Of a stretch of DNA of 64,000 bases, positions 42,479 through 51,790 are shown in pieces. Source of the DNA: an uncultured bacterium (GTDB taxonomy: Bacteria; Patescibacteriota; Patescibacteriia; Magasanikbacterales; GWA2-37-8); the NCBI GenBank assembly GCA_937903605.1, contig CALCZC010000025.1, positions 3,275-67,274 of the forward strand, in the 5' to 3' direction. How positions within the stretch are numbered: position 1 is the stretch's first letter; each line of letters starts with the position of its first letter. A program made the position numbers and the translations under genes. The notes beneath the pieces are model-generated. The model was not told where the DNA came from, did no database searches, and saw nothing but the letters and a program-made list of their open reading frames with translations.

Positions 42479-43854
42479 CTCCCCATCATCTTGAGCACTA
42501 CGGCCACGGTTTTGAGCATAATCATCAGATCCAGAGTCGGGGAGCGGTGTTTGATGTAGTATAAATCGTATTCTAGTTTTTTGAGATTTTCTTCAATATT
42601 GCCATAATAAGAATTTTGTAATTGTGCCCAGCCGGTAAGTCCGGGTTTGGTCAGATGGCGTAAACGATAATAAGGCATGGCATTTACAAGTTCAGCGACA
42701 AACTCTGGTCGTTCCGGTCGCGGACCGATGAATGACATTTCGTTTTTGAGAATATTGATAAACTGCGGGATTTCATCCAATCGAGTGGCGCGCATTATTT
42801 TCCCCAAAATAGTGATGCGGTCGTCTTTTTGTTGTGCAAATTGCGGACCATGAGTTTCAGCACTACCATCAGCGCTGAGCGCGCGCATAGTGCGATATTT
42901 ATACATTTTGAAAGGTTTGCCGAGCAATCCGGTTCTGGTTTGAGTGAAAAATATAGGCCCTTGTGATGTAATTTTGATGAGCAGAGCCAAAACAGGGAAG
43001 GTGATGATAAAAAATAGACCCATAAATAATCCGGCGATATAATCAAAAATTATTTTTACTCGATCGTAAACTTTTTTCTCTTGCTCGGGCAGATTGTTTA
43101 AAAACCAATTTTCCGAAAAAACAAAAGGCGGTAGTCTACCAAACATTTTTTCATAAATATCATTTAAACTAACAACGCTTTTGCCGGAAAAAAACTCGGC
43201 ATAAACTTCTCTGGCCAGATTTTCGTCGCCGGTAATTTGAGGCGATAAAATTATCAAATCGCAATTTACATTACTTTGTTTTAAGTTTTCAAAAGTTTTA
43301 AAAAGAGGATAAGAACGAAGATTTTCCGGTAAAATAATATTTTCATTTTTTTCCAAAAAACCGCAAAGCACAAAACCTCTTTCCGGTTCTCTAACAAAAA
43401 GATTTGCTAATTCCAGAGATTCGCAAGTGACACCAATAATTAAAACTCTGGTCTTCAAAATATTTTTAGCCAAATATCGCAAATGAAAATATCGCCACAA
43501 AACGGAAAAAAGAGCGTAAAAAATGGCGGTTAAAAATAAAATAGTTTTTGGACTACCTATTGGGCTTTGTTGAAAATAAAAATAAGCAAATCCCAGAAAC
43601 ATCCAGAGCATAGTGGAAATAATAGAGTTTTGGATCAATTCGCCAAAACTTTTCTTTTTGCTCACATCATACAGACTGGCGATATAAAAAATAACCACTG
43701 ACATTAAAAATAAGGGTAAAAAACTGTCCAAAAGTAAGTTAAATCGATGTAAAGGAAATTCTAGATAACGTATGGCTAAAGCAAAAAATAAGCTTAAATA
43801 AAGCCAAAAAAAGTCACCAAGTAAAATAATTAGTTGTTTAAAACGATAAAGCAT
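42475..43854 (-). CDS. polyprenyl-phosphate sugar phosphotransferase (bacterial sugar transferase, WbaP/EPS-initiating PGT)
   Basis: N-terminal TM helices; C-terminal …PQFINILKNEMSFIGPRPERPEF…KPGLTGWAQL (Bac_transf domain). Confidence 0.8.
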   Translation of the reverse strand: MLYRFKQLIILLGDFFWLYLSLFFALAIRYLEFPLHRFNLLLDSFLPLFLMSVVIFYIASLYDVSKKKSFGELIQNSIISTMLWMFLGFAYFYFQQSPIGSPKTILFLTAIFYALFSVLWRYFHLRYLAKNILKTRVLIIGVTCESLELANLFVREPERGFVLCGFLEKNENIILPENLRSYPLFKTFENLKQSNVNCDLIILSPQITGDENLAREVYAEFFSGKSVVSLNDIYEKMFGRLPPFVFSENWFLNNLPEQEKKVYDRVKIIFDYIAGLFMGLFFIITFPVLALLIKITSQGPIFFTQTRTGLLGKPFKMYKYRTMRALSADGSAETHGPQFAQQKDDRITILGKIMRATRLDEIPQFINILKNEMSFIGPRPERPEFVAELVNAMPYYRLRHLTKPGLTGWAQLQNSYYGNIEENLKKLEYDLYYIKHRSPTLDLMIMLKTVAVVLKMMGR

Positions 43855-43906
43855 AAAACCAGTTGTTTTCTCTTTATTTTTTTGTTATAATAAGGGGGTC
43901 AAAACT

Positions 43907-45880
43907 ATGTTTCAATTTTATCCCAATTTATCAAAAAAATCAATTGTGGCCATTTTTTTGGCTAGTTTTGTATTATTGCAACCAATAGCAGTTTTGGCTT
44001 TGGAACCAAATGATCTTTTTTATTCTCAGCAAGCAAAAATTTGGCAACAGATAAAAGCGCCACAAGCGTGGGACCTAACTACCGGAAATAAAAAAATAGT
44101 AGTTGCGGTTATAGATATTGGAGTTGACACTTGGCACCCGGATTTATATCAGAATATTTGGGCAAACCCTAACGAAATAGAAGGTAATGGCTTTGATGAC
44201 GATGGAAATGGCTATATTGATGATATCAACGGATGGAATTTTGTAGAAGAAAATAACGATCCCCGGGTGAGCGTAATGGAAAAAAATTTAGATAAAGATG
44301 CTATTTCGCATGGCACTATTGTTTCTGGAATAATTGGAGCGGTAGGTAATAATAGACAGGGTGCTGCCGGATTAAACTGGGATGTCAGTATTATGGCGTT
44401 ACGAGCTATCAATAATAACGGTGTGGGTTCATATAGTAACATAGCTCGGGCGATAAACTATGCCATAGATAATGGAGCAAACATCATTAATTTGAGTTTT
44501 GTAGGCAATGATCCGGACGAAGAATTCAAAAAAGTTTTGAAAAATGCCTATAGCAGAGGAATTTTTATTGTAAGTGCGGCTGGCAATTCTGGTCACATTA
44601 TTTATCAAGACGGAAAAGAAAAATTTAGTTATCCGGCTTGTTATGATGTGGGAGAAGAAAATTGGATCATGGGAGTTTCTTCGGTCGATAGTAAAGATGC
44701 TATGAGTTATTTTTCAGCCTATGGAAAATGTGTTGATATTTTGGCACCAGGAGAGGGTATATATAGTTTACAGAGATTTTCACCACAGTATGATTTTTTT
44801 GAAGAAGTCGGCGGACCTTGGCAAGGCACTTCTTTTTCCACCGCTTTTATTTCCGGTGCTGCTGCCTTGATTAAAAGTTTACATCCCGAATGGACTCCGG
44901 CCCAAATCAGAGACAATCTCATTCAAACCGCGGACGATTTATTTTTTGATATCAATGGTTCAGGTTCGCGTTTATACAAAAGATTAAATGTCGGCAGAGC
45001 CGTAGAAATAGCCAACCAATCAAAGGTGGGCTTGGATAATTTGGACGGATTTTATTTTTATCGTAATGGAAAAAACAATAACGCTGAAATTTTGAGATAT
45101 GATTTAGGCAAGAGAGAAACAACCTCCACGATTCGATTAGCAGGTAAAATAGTAGCGCTATCCTCTAAAGATATTGATAACGACGGGAGTAAAGAATCGA
45201 TTATTGTCCTACAACAAGGTAGTACTTTTTCGCTGAAAGCTTATACTCAAAAAGGAGTGTTGGTTAGAGATTTTGTATTAGCCAAAAATGTTAAAGACCA
45301 TGAAATTTACGGAGTTAAATTTGATTTGGATGGAAATAAACAAATAGATTTTGTGGTTGCTAAATATTATCCGGCTCAAAAAGTGACTAAGTTTGTCAAA
45401 TACAATTGGCACGGTAAATATTTAAATGAATTTGGATTGGTGGGTAAGGTGGTTGGTTGGGAAACGAACAATATGTTTTTATATGCAGCTACTCTGGTAA
45501 ACAGAAATTTATTTATTCGAGAAATAGACTGGGGTGGAAATATTATTTCAGAAATAAAATTTTCCAATATTTTTGGAGTCGATTCTTTTAAGGTTGGTCA
45601 TGTAGATAGCCTGAAAAGTGATCAAATTGTGTTTATAGCCCGTAAAAAAGAAGATACAGAATTGTATACGGTTGATTGGAATAGTTTGAGTTTTTATCGT
45701 AAAAAAATAGAAAATAAAATTCAAAAACAATATTTACTTTTGGGTAAATACCAAGATGATTTATTGCAAAATATATTTATATTTAATTTGAAAAAAGGGG
45801 AATACAACATTCAAAATTCTCAAGGAAAAATTTTAAAAACTTATACTTTGCCCGATATTATCGGCTCAGTTGAACAATAA
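43907..45880 (+). CDS. secreted subtilisin-like serine protease (S8) with C-terminal FG-GAP-like repeats
   Basis: Signal peptide, then VAVIDIGVDTWHPDL (Asp), HGTIVSGIIGA (His) and GTSFSTAFISGAAALI (Ser). C-terminal repeats are DIDNDGSKESIIV and DLDGNKQIDFVV. Confidence 0.85.
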   Translation: MFQFYPNLSKKSIVAIFLASFVLLQPIAVLALEPNDLFYSQQAKIWQQIKAPQAWDLTTGNKKIVVAVIDIGVDTWHPDLYQNIWANPNEIEGNGFDDDGNGYIDDINGWNFVEENNDPRVSVMEKNLDKDAISHGTIVSGIIGAVGNNRQGAAGLNWDVSIMALRAINNNGVGSYSNIARAINYAIDNGANIINLSFVGNDPDEEFKKVLKNAYSRGIFIVSAAGNSGHIIYQDGKEKFSYPACYDVGEENWIMGVSSVDSKDAMSYFSAYGKCVDILAPGEGIYSLQRFSPQYDFFEEVGGPWQGTSFSTAFISGAAALIKSLHPEWTPAQIRDNLIQTADDLFFDINGSGSRLYKRLNVGRAVEIANQSKVGLDNLDGFYFYRNGKNNNAEILRYDLGKRETTSTIRLAGKIVALSSKDIDNDGSKESIIVLQQGSTFSLKAYTQKGVLVRDFVLAKNVKDHEIYGVKFDLDGNKQIDFVVAKYYPAQKVTKFVKYNWHGKYLNEFGLVGKVVGWETNNMFLYAATLVNRNLFIREIDWGGNIISEIKFSNIFGVDSFKVGHVDSLKSDQIVFIARKKEDTELYTVDWNSLSFYRKKIENKIQKQYLLLGKYQDDLLQNIFIFNLKKGEYNIQNSQGKILKTYTLPDIIGSVEQ

Positions 45881-45885
45881 AAAAT

Positions 45886-46908
45886 ATGGAAAATGTCATT
45901 TTTGAAAAGAAAAATATTTTAGTGACCGGCGGCGCCGGTTTCATCGGTTCGCATTTGTGTGAACGATTACTCAAAGAAGGTAATGTAATTTGTTTGGATG
46001 ATTTTAGTAATTCTGATCCGCAAAATATTAACCACCTTTTGCAATACCCGGATTTTGAATTTATCAACTGGGATATCAATAATCCGATAAATTTGGAAGA
46101 TTTTGATGAGCTCAATAAATTCAAAATAAAATTTCAAGGTATTCAAGAAATTTATCATTTGGCTTGTCCGACCAGTCCCAAAGATTTTGAAAAACTCAAA
46201 ATTCATTCTCTGCATGCCAATTCTACTGCCGTGATAAACACCTTGGAATTAGCGGTAAAATATAAAGCCAAATATGTCCTTGGCGGCAGTTCAGTGGTTT
46301 ATGGTGATGCCACTGATGAAAGAATCATGTTTAAAGAAAGTGATTTGGGTATAGTCAATCAATTATCTGCACGTGCTTGTTATGATGAAGGTAAACGCTT
46401 TGCAGAAACTTGTGTACAAACCTACCGTGATTTTTATGGTATAGATGCCAAAATTGCTAGAATTTTTACAGCATATGGACCCAAGATGCATTTATTTCAG
46501 GGTCTTTTAATTCCGGATTTTATAATTAATGCTTTGGATAATAAAGATGTAATTATTTTTGGCGATGAAAAACTATCAACTTCGCTTTGTTATGTTTCGG
46601 ACATAGTTACCGGAATATGCAATTTGATGTCTTCTGATCCGGAAGTAAAAGTTGTTAATTTGGGTTCGGAAGACATGTATACATTTACTCAGGTGGCGGA
46701 AATGATCATCAAAATGACCGGCTCAAAATCAAAGATAGTCTACGACAAACCTCTTTTATTTTTGACACGAAAAGGAGCTCCGGATTTAAAATATACCAAA
46801 AAAACCCTAGGTTGGATGCCATTGGTTAGACTAGAAGATGGTTTAGAAAAAACTATAGAATATGTGACAGCCAACAAGGAGGCTTTACTTTATAGTAATA
46901 ATAAATAA
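45886..46908 (+). CDS. NAD-dependent sugar-nucleotide epimerase/dehydratase, UDP-glucuronate decarboxylase (UXS)-like
   Basis: ILVTGGAGFIGSHL…; CYDEGKRFAETCVQTYRDFYGIDAKIARIFTAYGPKM matches the UXS catalytic region. Confidence 0.75.
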   Translation: MENVIFEKKNILVTGGAGFIGSHLCERLLKEGNVICLDDFSNSDPQNINHLLQYPDFEFINWDINNPINLEDFDELNKFKIKFQGIQEIYHLACPTSPKDFEKLKIHSLHANSTAVINTLELAVKYKAKYVLGGSSVVYGDATDERIMFKESDLGIVNQLSARACYDEGKRFAETCVQTYRDFYGIDAKIARIFTAYGPKMHLFQGLLIPDFIINALDNKDVIIFGDEKLSTSLCYVSDIVTGICNLMSSDPEVKVVNLGSEDMYTFTQVAEMIIKMTGSKSKIVYDKPLLFLTRKGAPDLKYTKKTLGWMPLVRLEDGLEKTIEYVTANKEALLYSNNK

Positions 46909-46933
46909 GCCCATAAGCGGGTTATTAATAATT

Positions 46934-47596
46934 ATGACTTGGATAGTTGTTCCGGCCTTTAACGAAGAAAAAAATATTAAAAAAACAATTTTGGGTCTTT
47001 TGGAAAACGGCTATAGAAATATAGTTGTGATTGATGATGGTTCAATGGATAACACGGCTGGTTTAGCAAAAGAAACCGGGATAAAGGTGATCTCACATCT
47101 TATCAATCGCGGTCAAGGCGCGTCTTTGCAAACCGGTCATGAATATGTTTTGAAAGCCGGAGCCGAAATCATAGTTGATTTTGATGCAGACGGACAGTTT
47201 GATCCTATGGATATTTCTTCCGCAATTGAAAAACTGAAACAGGAAAACCTGGATGTGGTATTGGGCTCGCGTTTTTTGGATGATCGTTCACAAATGCCTT
47301 TTTCTAAAAAATATTTTATTTTACCGTTCGCTAGGTTTATTAATAGATTTTGTACCGGTATAAAATTAACGGATGTTCATAACGGTTTTCGCGTTTTTAC
47401 TCGTAAAGCCTTGGAAAAGATAGAGATTACTCAGGATAAGATGGCACATAATACGCAAATCGTATCACAAATCAAAAAAAATAAATTTTGTTTTGCCGAA
47501 GTGCCGGTAAAAGTTTCTTATACGAACTACGGTCAGAGATGGTATGGTGGTTTGGAAATAATCAAAGATTTAATTGTTAATTTTTTTATAAAATAA
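46934..47596 (+). CDS. GT2 glycosyltransferase (dolichol/polyprenyl-phosphate hexosyltransferase-like)
   Basis: WIVVPAFNEEKNI…VVIDDGSMDNT…FDADGQ (DxD). Confidence 0.8.
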   Translation: MTWIVVPAFNEEKNIKKTILGLLENGYRNIVVIDDGSMDNTAGLAKETGIKVISHLINRGQGASLQTGHEYVLKAGAEIIVDFDADGQFDPMDISSAIEKLKQENLDVVLGSRFLDDRSQMPFSKKYFILPFARFINRFCTGIKLTDVHNGFRVFTRKALEKIEITQDKMAHNTQIVSQIKKNKFCFAEVPVKVSYTNYGQRWYGGLEIIKDLIVNFFIK

Positions 47597-47600
47597 ATTT

Positions 47601-47936
47601 ATGATATTTGCGCAAATAATTTTATTTCTGATTTTTATTTTTTTGTTTTTCAAAACCGGTTTGAAGTGGAAGAAAAAGGAATTGTCTTTTGGTGAAACTT
47701 TTGGTTGGTCTTTAATCTGGTTTTTCGGACTTGTTTTGACTATCAAACCGGACACAGCTTCTTATTTTGCTAAAATATTAGGAATCGGCAGGGGAGTGGA
47801 TCTGGCTATTTATACGGCGCTTATCATTTTGTTTTATCTACATTTTACCCTAATAGTTCGTTTAGAAAAAACAAATCGTGAGATTACTCGTTTGACTAGG
47901 GAAAAAGCTTTGGAGGATAAAGAAAAAAAGGTATGA
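47601..47936 (+). CDS. small membrane protein (DUF2304/GtrA-like partner of the GT2)
   Basis: 111 aa with 3 TM helices, immediately downstream of the DPM1-like GT2; a typical gene pairing. Confidence 0.5.
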   Translation: MIFAQIILFLIFIFLFFKTGLKWKKKELSFGETFGWSLIWFFGLVLTIKPDTASYFAKILGIGRGVDLAIYTALIILFYLHFTLIVRLEKTNREITRLTREKALEDKEKKV

Positions 47937-49048
47937 AGATAGCGCACATAGTTTCTACATTTTATCCGCATCTGGGTGGAATGGGCGAGGTTTGTCTTTT
48001 GGAAAGTGAAAATTTAAAAAAGCAAAAAATTGATGTTGAAGTTTTCACTTTATTTTACAATAATACCAGTTATCAGGACGAAGTTTTTTCGTTTAAGATC
48101 CATCGTTTGAAGCCTGTTTTTAAATTTGGCGATGCCGGATTTTTGTACGGATTGAAAGAAAAACTAAAAGATTTTGATATTGTTCATTTGCATTTTCCCT
48201 TTTATGGTGCGGAAAGGGATATAATAAAAGCCAAAAAAGAGTTTGGTTTTAAACTGGTTCTGACTTATCATATGGATGCTCAGGTTAAGGGTATCAAAAA
48301 AATAATGAAAAATATTTTTGATTTTTTTTATGGTAAAAAATTATTTGATTTGGCAGATAAAGTTATGTATGTGGATGAAGAACGCTGGCACAGCTTCAAG
48401 TTTTATAATGAAATTATAAAATTGAAATCAGTTTATTTACCAAATGCCGTAGATACCGATATCTTCAAAATAAAAAAAGTTGATTTTTCCGAAGTTGGTT
48501 TGGAAAAATATAATCAAAATAAAATCATTTTGTTTGTTGGAAATTTATTACCGGTAAAAAATTTGGAAATATTGATAAAAGCCATGTTAGGAGTAGATAA
48601 AAAGACCGTTTTGTTGATAGTCGGCGGAGGATATAAAGAGCTGAAATACAAAAAAATGGTAAAAGAATTAGGTTTACAAGATAGAGTTGTTTTTTATGGT
48701 CCGGTGAGAAATAAAGAAAAATTGGCAAAAATTTATAATTTATCAACAGTGGTGTGTGTACCGAGTTTTTATGAATCTTTTTCTTTATCAGCAGTAGAAG
48801 CATTGGCTTGTGGCATACCTGTTATTGGTAATAATATACCCGGTATTAGAGGAAGAATTGCTAATGGGGTTGACGGAATTTTAATAACGGAAAATAATCA
48901 GTATGTTTGGCAAGACGCCATCAATAGTGTAGTTGATTATTCACAGGAGCAAAGAGAACTGATTGCAGATAAATCTGTTAAAAAAATAAATTTAAATTAT
49001 AATGTTCAGAAACATCTAGAAAAATTATTGGAAATTTATAATGGTTAA
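47933..49048 (+). CDS. glycosyltransferase family 4
   Basis: MKIAHIVSTFYPHLGGMGEV… with the GT4 C-domain (SFYESFSLSAVEALACGIPVI). The start overlaps the upstream stop. Confidence 0.75.
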   Translation: MKIAHIVSTFYPHLGGMGEVCLLESENLKKQKIDVEVFTLFYNNTSYQDEVFSFKIHRLKPVFKFGDAGFLYGLKEKLKDFDIVHLHFPFYGAERDIIKAKKEFGFKLVLTYHMDAQVKGIKKIMKNIFDFFYGKKLFDLADKVMYVDEERWHSFKFYNEIIKLKSVYLPNAVDTDIFKIKKVDFSEVGLEKYNQNKIILFVGNLLPVKNLEILIKAMLGVDKKTVLLIVGGGYKELKYKKMVKELGLQDRVVFYGPVRNKEKLAKIYNLSTVVCVPSFYESFSLSAVEALACGIPVIGNNIPGIRGRIANGVDGILITENNQYVWQDAINSVVDYSQEQRELIADKSVKKINLNYNVQKHLEKLLEIYNG

Positions 49049-49874
49049 AATTATGCAATTTGATTACGAAAAAAATTTATGGGGCAAAGAAGAAGCGACT
49101 CTATCGCTTTTTTCCCCGACTTATTTTCGTCTCAAAAAAGCACTTCAAATCTTGAAAAAAACTCAGCCTGGAGAAAATATTTTAGATTTTGGTTGCGGAG
49201 TCGGGCGTTTTATACGTGCATTACGTAATCGTCGCCCGGACTTACATGCATATGGCTGCGATATCAGTGTCTCGGCAATTTCTTTGGCTTCACGTGTCAA
49301 TGATAATGTAAATTATGTAGTCAATAAAGCGGAGGAAAAACTTCCTTATAAGAATGAATTTTTTGCTAACATTTTTATTTTTGACGTTTTGGAACATGTG
49401 GCGGATGTCGGAGATATATTGAAAGAATTAAGCCGGGTACTCAAAAAAGACGGAACATTATTTTTACAAGTTCCTTGCGAAAAAGATTGGTTATCACTTT
49501 GGTTTTGGCTTGATAAAATGGGTTTAAAAAAAGAAATTACCAAAAGATTTGCCGGACACGTTAATTTTTTTTCACGTAAAGAGCTAAAAGATATTTTACA
49601 AGAAGCCGGTTTTGAAATAGATAAAAAATATTATTGTGATCATTGCTTGGGACAAAAAGCGGGGATACTGGCTTTTTATTTGACAGCTGTGCAAGCCAAG
49701 AAAAAGAATTTACCTGTTTATAACAATGAAACTTGCATGAGCGAACTCAAAGAAAGTCGGGGAATGGGATGGTCTTTTTTGGGCAAAGTAGCTAATTTTT
49801 TAATAAATTGCGAAGCTTTGTTGTTGCAAAAAACCCCCTCAGCCAATGTTTTTTACATATTGAAAAAGAAATAA
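49041..49874 (+). CDS. class I SAM-dependent methyltransferase
   Basis: ILDFGCGVGRF (motif I) and LKKDGTLFL (post-I). Confidence 0.7.
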   Translation: MVKIMQFDYEKNLWGKEEATLSLFSPTYFRLKKALQILKKTQPGENILDFGCGVGRFIRALRNRRPDLHAYGCDISVSAISLASRVNDNVNYVVNKAEEKLPYKNEFFANIFIFDVLEHVADVGDILKELSRVLKKDGTLFLQVPCEKDWLSLWFWLDKMGLKKEITKRFAGHVNFFSRKELKDILQEAGFEIDKKYYCDHCLGQKAGILAFYLTAVQAKKKNLPVYNNETCMSELKESRGMGWSFLGKVANFLINCEALLLQKTPSANVFYILKKK

Positions 49875-49877
49875 GCT

Positions 49878-50522
49878 ATGATCAAAGTTTTACACATTGT
49901 TCCATCAGCTTTCGATTATTTTGAAAAAATAAGAAAAGAAGCTTTTTTATTGGTTGATAGTTTGAACGAACTGGGGTTTGATAATTATGTTTTTACTTTG
50001 CAGTATCAAGCGGTAAACAAAAGATTGGAAAAAAAAGTTCAAGGAGAAACCAGGGGAAAAATGGGTTTTGAAAAAATTTATAACATTGTGGAAATAAAAG
50101 AAAAAATGGATGAAGCCGACATTATCCATTTACACGTACCTTTTTTGGGGATGGGTAAAAAAATATTGGAATATAAAAAAAACAACCCTCAAAAAAAATT
50201 TATTGTCACTTTGCATCCGGGCTTGCCATATGTTGATTTTTTTACTATAATTATTTGGCTGTATAATAGTTGGTATTTAAGCAGGGTTTTTGCAATAGCT
50301 GATTTTGTGGTGGTAGAAAATGAGGATATTTTCAAAAAGGCCGGGGGATTCAATAAACTAAGGGATGGAAAAAAGTTGGTTTTAATAAACGATTTTATTA
50401 ATTTTATCAAGGAGAATAATCCGACAATTACGGAAAAGCTTGGTGAATTGAAAAAAGATGATTCATCAACCTATAGTGCTTTGGCCTATGGTGAACTTTA
50501 CCGTCTTTTGCGCGGAGAATAA
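49878..50522 (+). CDS. GT4 N-terminal-domain-only paralog (no catalytic C-domain)
   Basis: It aligns by eye to the N-half of the 47933 GT4: VLHIVPSAFD/IAHIVSTFYP; DNYVFTL/DVEVFTL; DIIHLHVPFLG/DIVHLHFPFYG; KFIVTLH/KLVLTYH. It ends after ~214 aa without an EX7E domain. Confidence 0.4.
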   Translation: MIKVLHIVPSAFDYFEKIRKEAFLLVDSLNELGFDNYVFTLQYQAVNKRLEKKVQGETRGKMGFEKIYNIVEIKEKMDEADIIHLHVPFLGMGKKILEYKKNNPQKKFIVTLHPGLPYVDFFTIIIWLYNSWYLSRVFAIADFVVVENEDIFKKAGGFNKLRDGKKLVLINDFINFIKENNPTITEKLGELKKDDSSTYSALAYGELYRLLRGE

Positions 50523-50548
50523 TCTAATAATTTAATTTATATATTTCT

Positions 50549-51370
50549 ATGGAAAACAAGAAAAATTTTTTTGAAGCACTAACCCCAAAGACCGCGGCGA
50601 TTGTCGGTGTTTTGGCCGGAATCGGTTTGTTAAGCTTTTTGGCTTGTTTAATTTTCATTTTTATTTTTGTTCAAGGTAAAATGGATTTAAACACAAAACC
50701 TTCAAAAAATACTGTTACTACTCAAACTCCAGATATTCAAACTCCGGAAGTGGCAAAAGCTGAAAAGCCGGTGGTTGATTTATTTATTATGTCTTATTGT
50801 CCGTACGGATTACAGATGCAAAAAGCCGTCTTGCCTGTAATGGAATTGTTTAAAGATAAAATTGATTTTAATATTCGTTTTGTCTCATATATCATGCATG
50901 ATAAAATAGAGATAGATGAAAATAATTTGCAATATTGTTTACAAAACGAACAAGATGATAAATTGGTGGAATATTTAAAATGTTTTACTGTTAGCGGAGA
51001 TTCCAAAAGTTGTTTGAAAACAGCCAAAGTTAATGAAAGTAAGCTAAATAGTTGTATTAGTGCTACGGATAAAAAATTCGGTACTACCGCCGCCTATAAT
51101 GATAAAGCATCTTGGCTTTCTGGTCGCTACCCGCTTTATTCGGTTGATCAAGAATTAAATGATTTATACGGAGTGCAAGGTTCGCCAACCATGGTTATTA
51201 ATGGAGCCCAAGCCCAAGTTTCTAGAAGTCCTGAAGCTGTCAAACTCGCTATTTGCGCCGCTTTTAACAATCAACCAAAAGAATGTGAAGAAACCTTGAG
51301 TACTCTTTCTGCTTCACCGAGTTTTGGCGCTGGAACCGGAACTGACACAGCGGTTGAGTGTGGAACATAA
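50549..51370 (+). CDS. membrane-anchored thioredoxin-fold DsbA-like oxidoreductase
   Basis: An N-terminal TM, then MSYCPYGLQ (CxxC) and several additional Cys; the tail is Gly/Thr-rich. Confidence 0.5.
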   Translation: MENKKNFFEALTPKTAAIVGVLAGIGLLSFLACLIFIFIFVQGKMDLNTKPSKNTVTTQTPDIQTPEVAKAEKPVVDLFIMSYCPYGLQMQKAVLPVMELFKDKIDFNIRFVSYIMHDKIEIDENNLQYCLQNEQDDKLVEYLKCFTVSGDSKSCLKTAKVNESKLNSCISATDKKFGTTAAYNDKASWLSGRYPLYSVDQELNDLYGVQGSPTMVINGAQAQVSRSPEAVKLAICAAFNNQPKECEETLSTLSASPSFGAGTGTDTAVECGT

Positions 51371-51445
51371 AAGCCAGAAAGCAGAAAAGCTGTAAAGCAC
51401 AATTTAATTTTAAATATTAAATTTTAAATATTAAATAAAAATTGT

Positions 51446-51757
51446 ATGGGAAATTTTAAAAAAGGTTTGTTCTTGGGTGGATTGCTCGGTGCGGGATTGA
51501 TGTGGCTCAATGTCACACCCAAAGGCAGAGAAATGCGCGCTAAGCTCATGGCTTATGCCGAACCGATGTATAACGAGCTCAAGGAAAACATCAAGACACT
51601 AGAAGGTCCAACTAAAGAAATGTACGAAGCTCTTGTGGAACGGGCTACCGAAGAATTGGCGGCTAAAAAAGAAATGGCTATGGAGATGAAAATGATGTTG
51701 GTAAAAGAGCTTAAGAAAAGATGGAGTAAGTTGGAGAAAGAATTGAAAAAGAAATAA
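51446..51757 (+). CDS. YtxH-like (DUF948) small membrane-associated protein
   Basis: GLFLGGLLGAGLMWL, then a charged coiled-coil; 103 aa. Confidence 0.45.
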   Translation: MGNFKKGLFLGGLLGAGLMWLNVTPKGREMRAKLMAYAEPMYNELKENIKTLEGPTKEMYEALVERATEELAAKKEMAMEMKMMLVKELKKRWSKLEKELKKK

Positions 51758-51760
51758 AAT

Positions 51761-51790
51761 AAAAAAAGCGGCTAGTCGCCGCTTTTTTTA
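51761..51790. terminator. bidirectional Rho-independent terminator
   Basis: aaaaaaa-gcggc-tagtc-gccgc-ttttttt between convergent genes. Confidence 0.6.
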
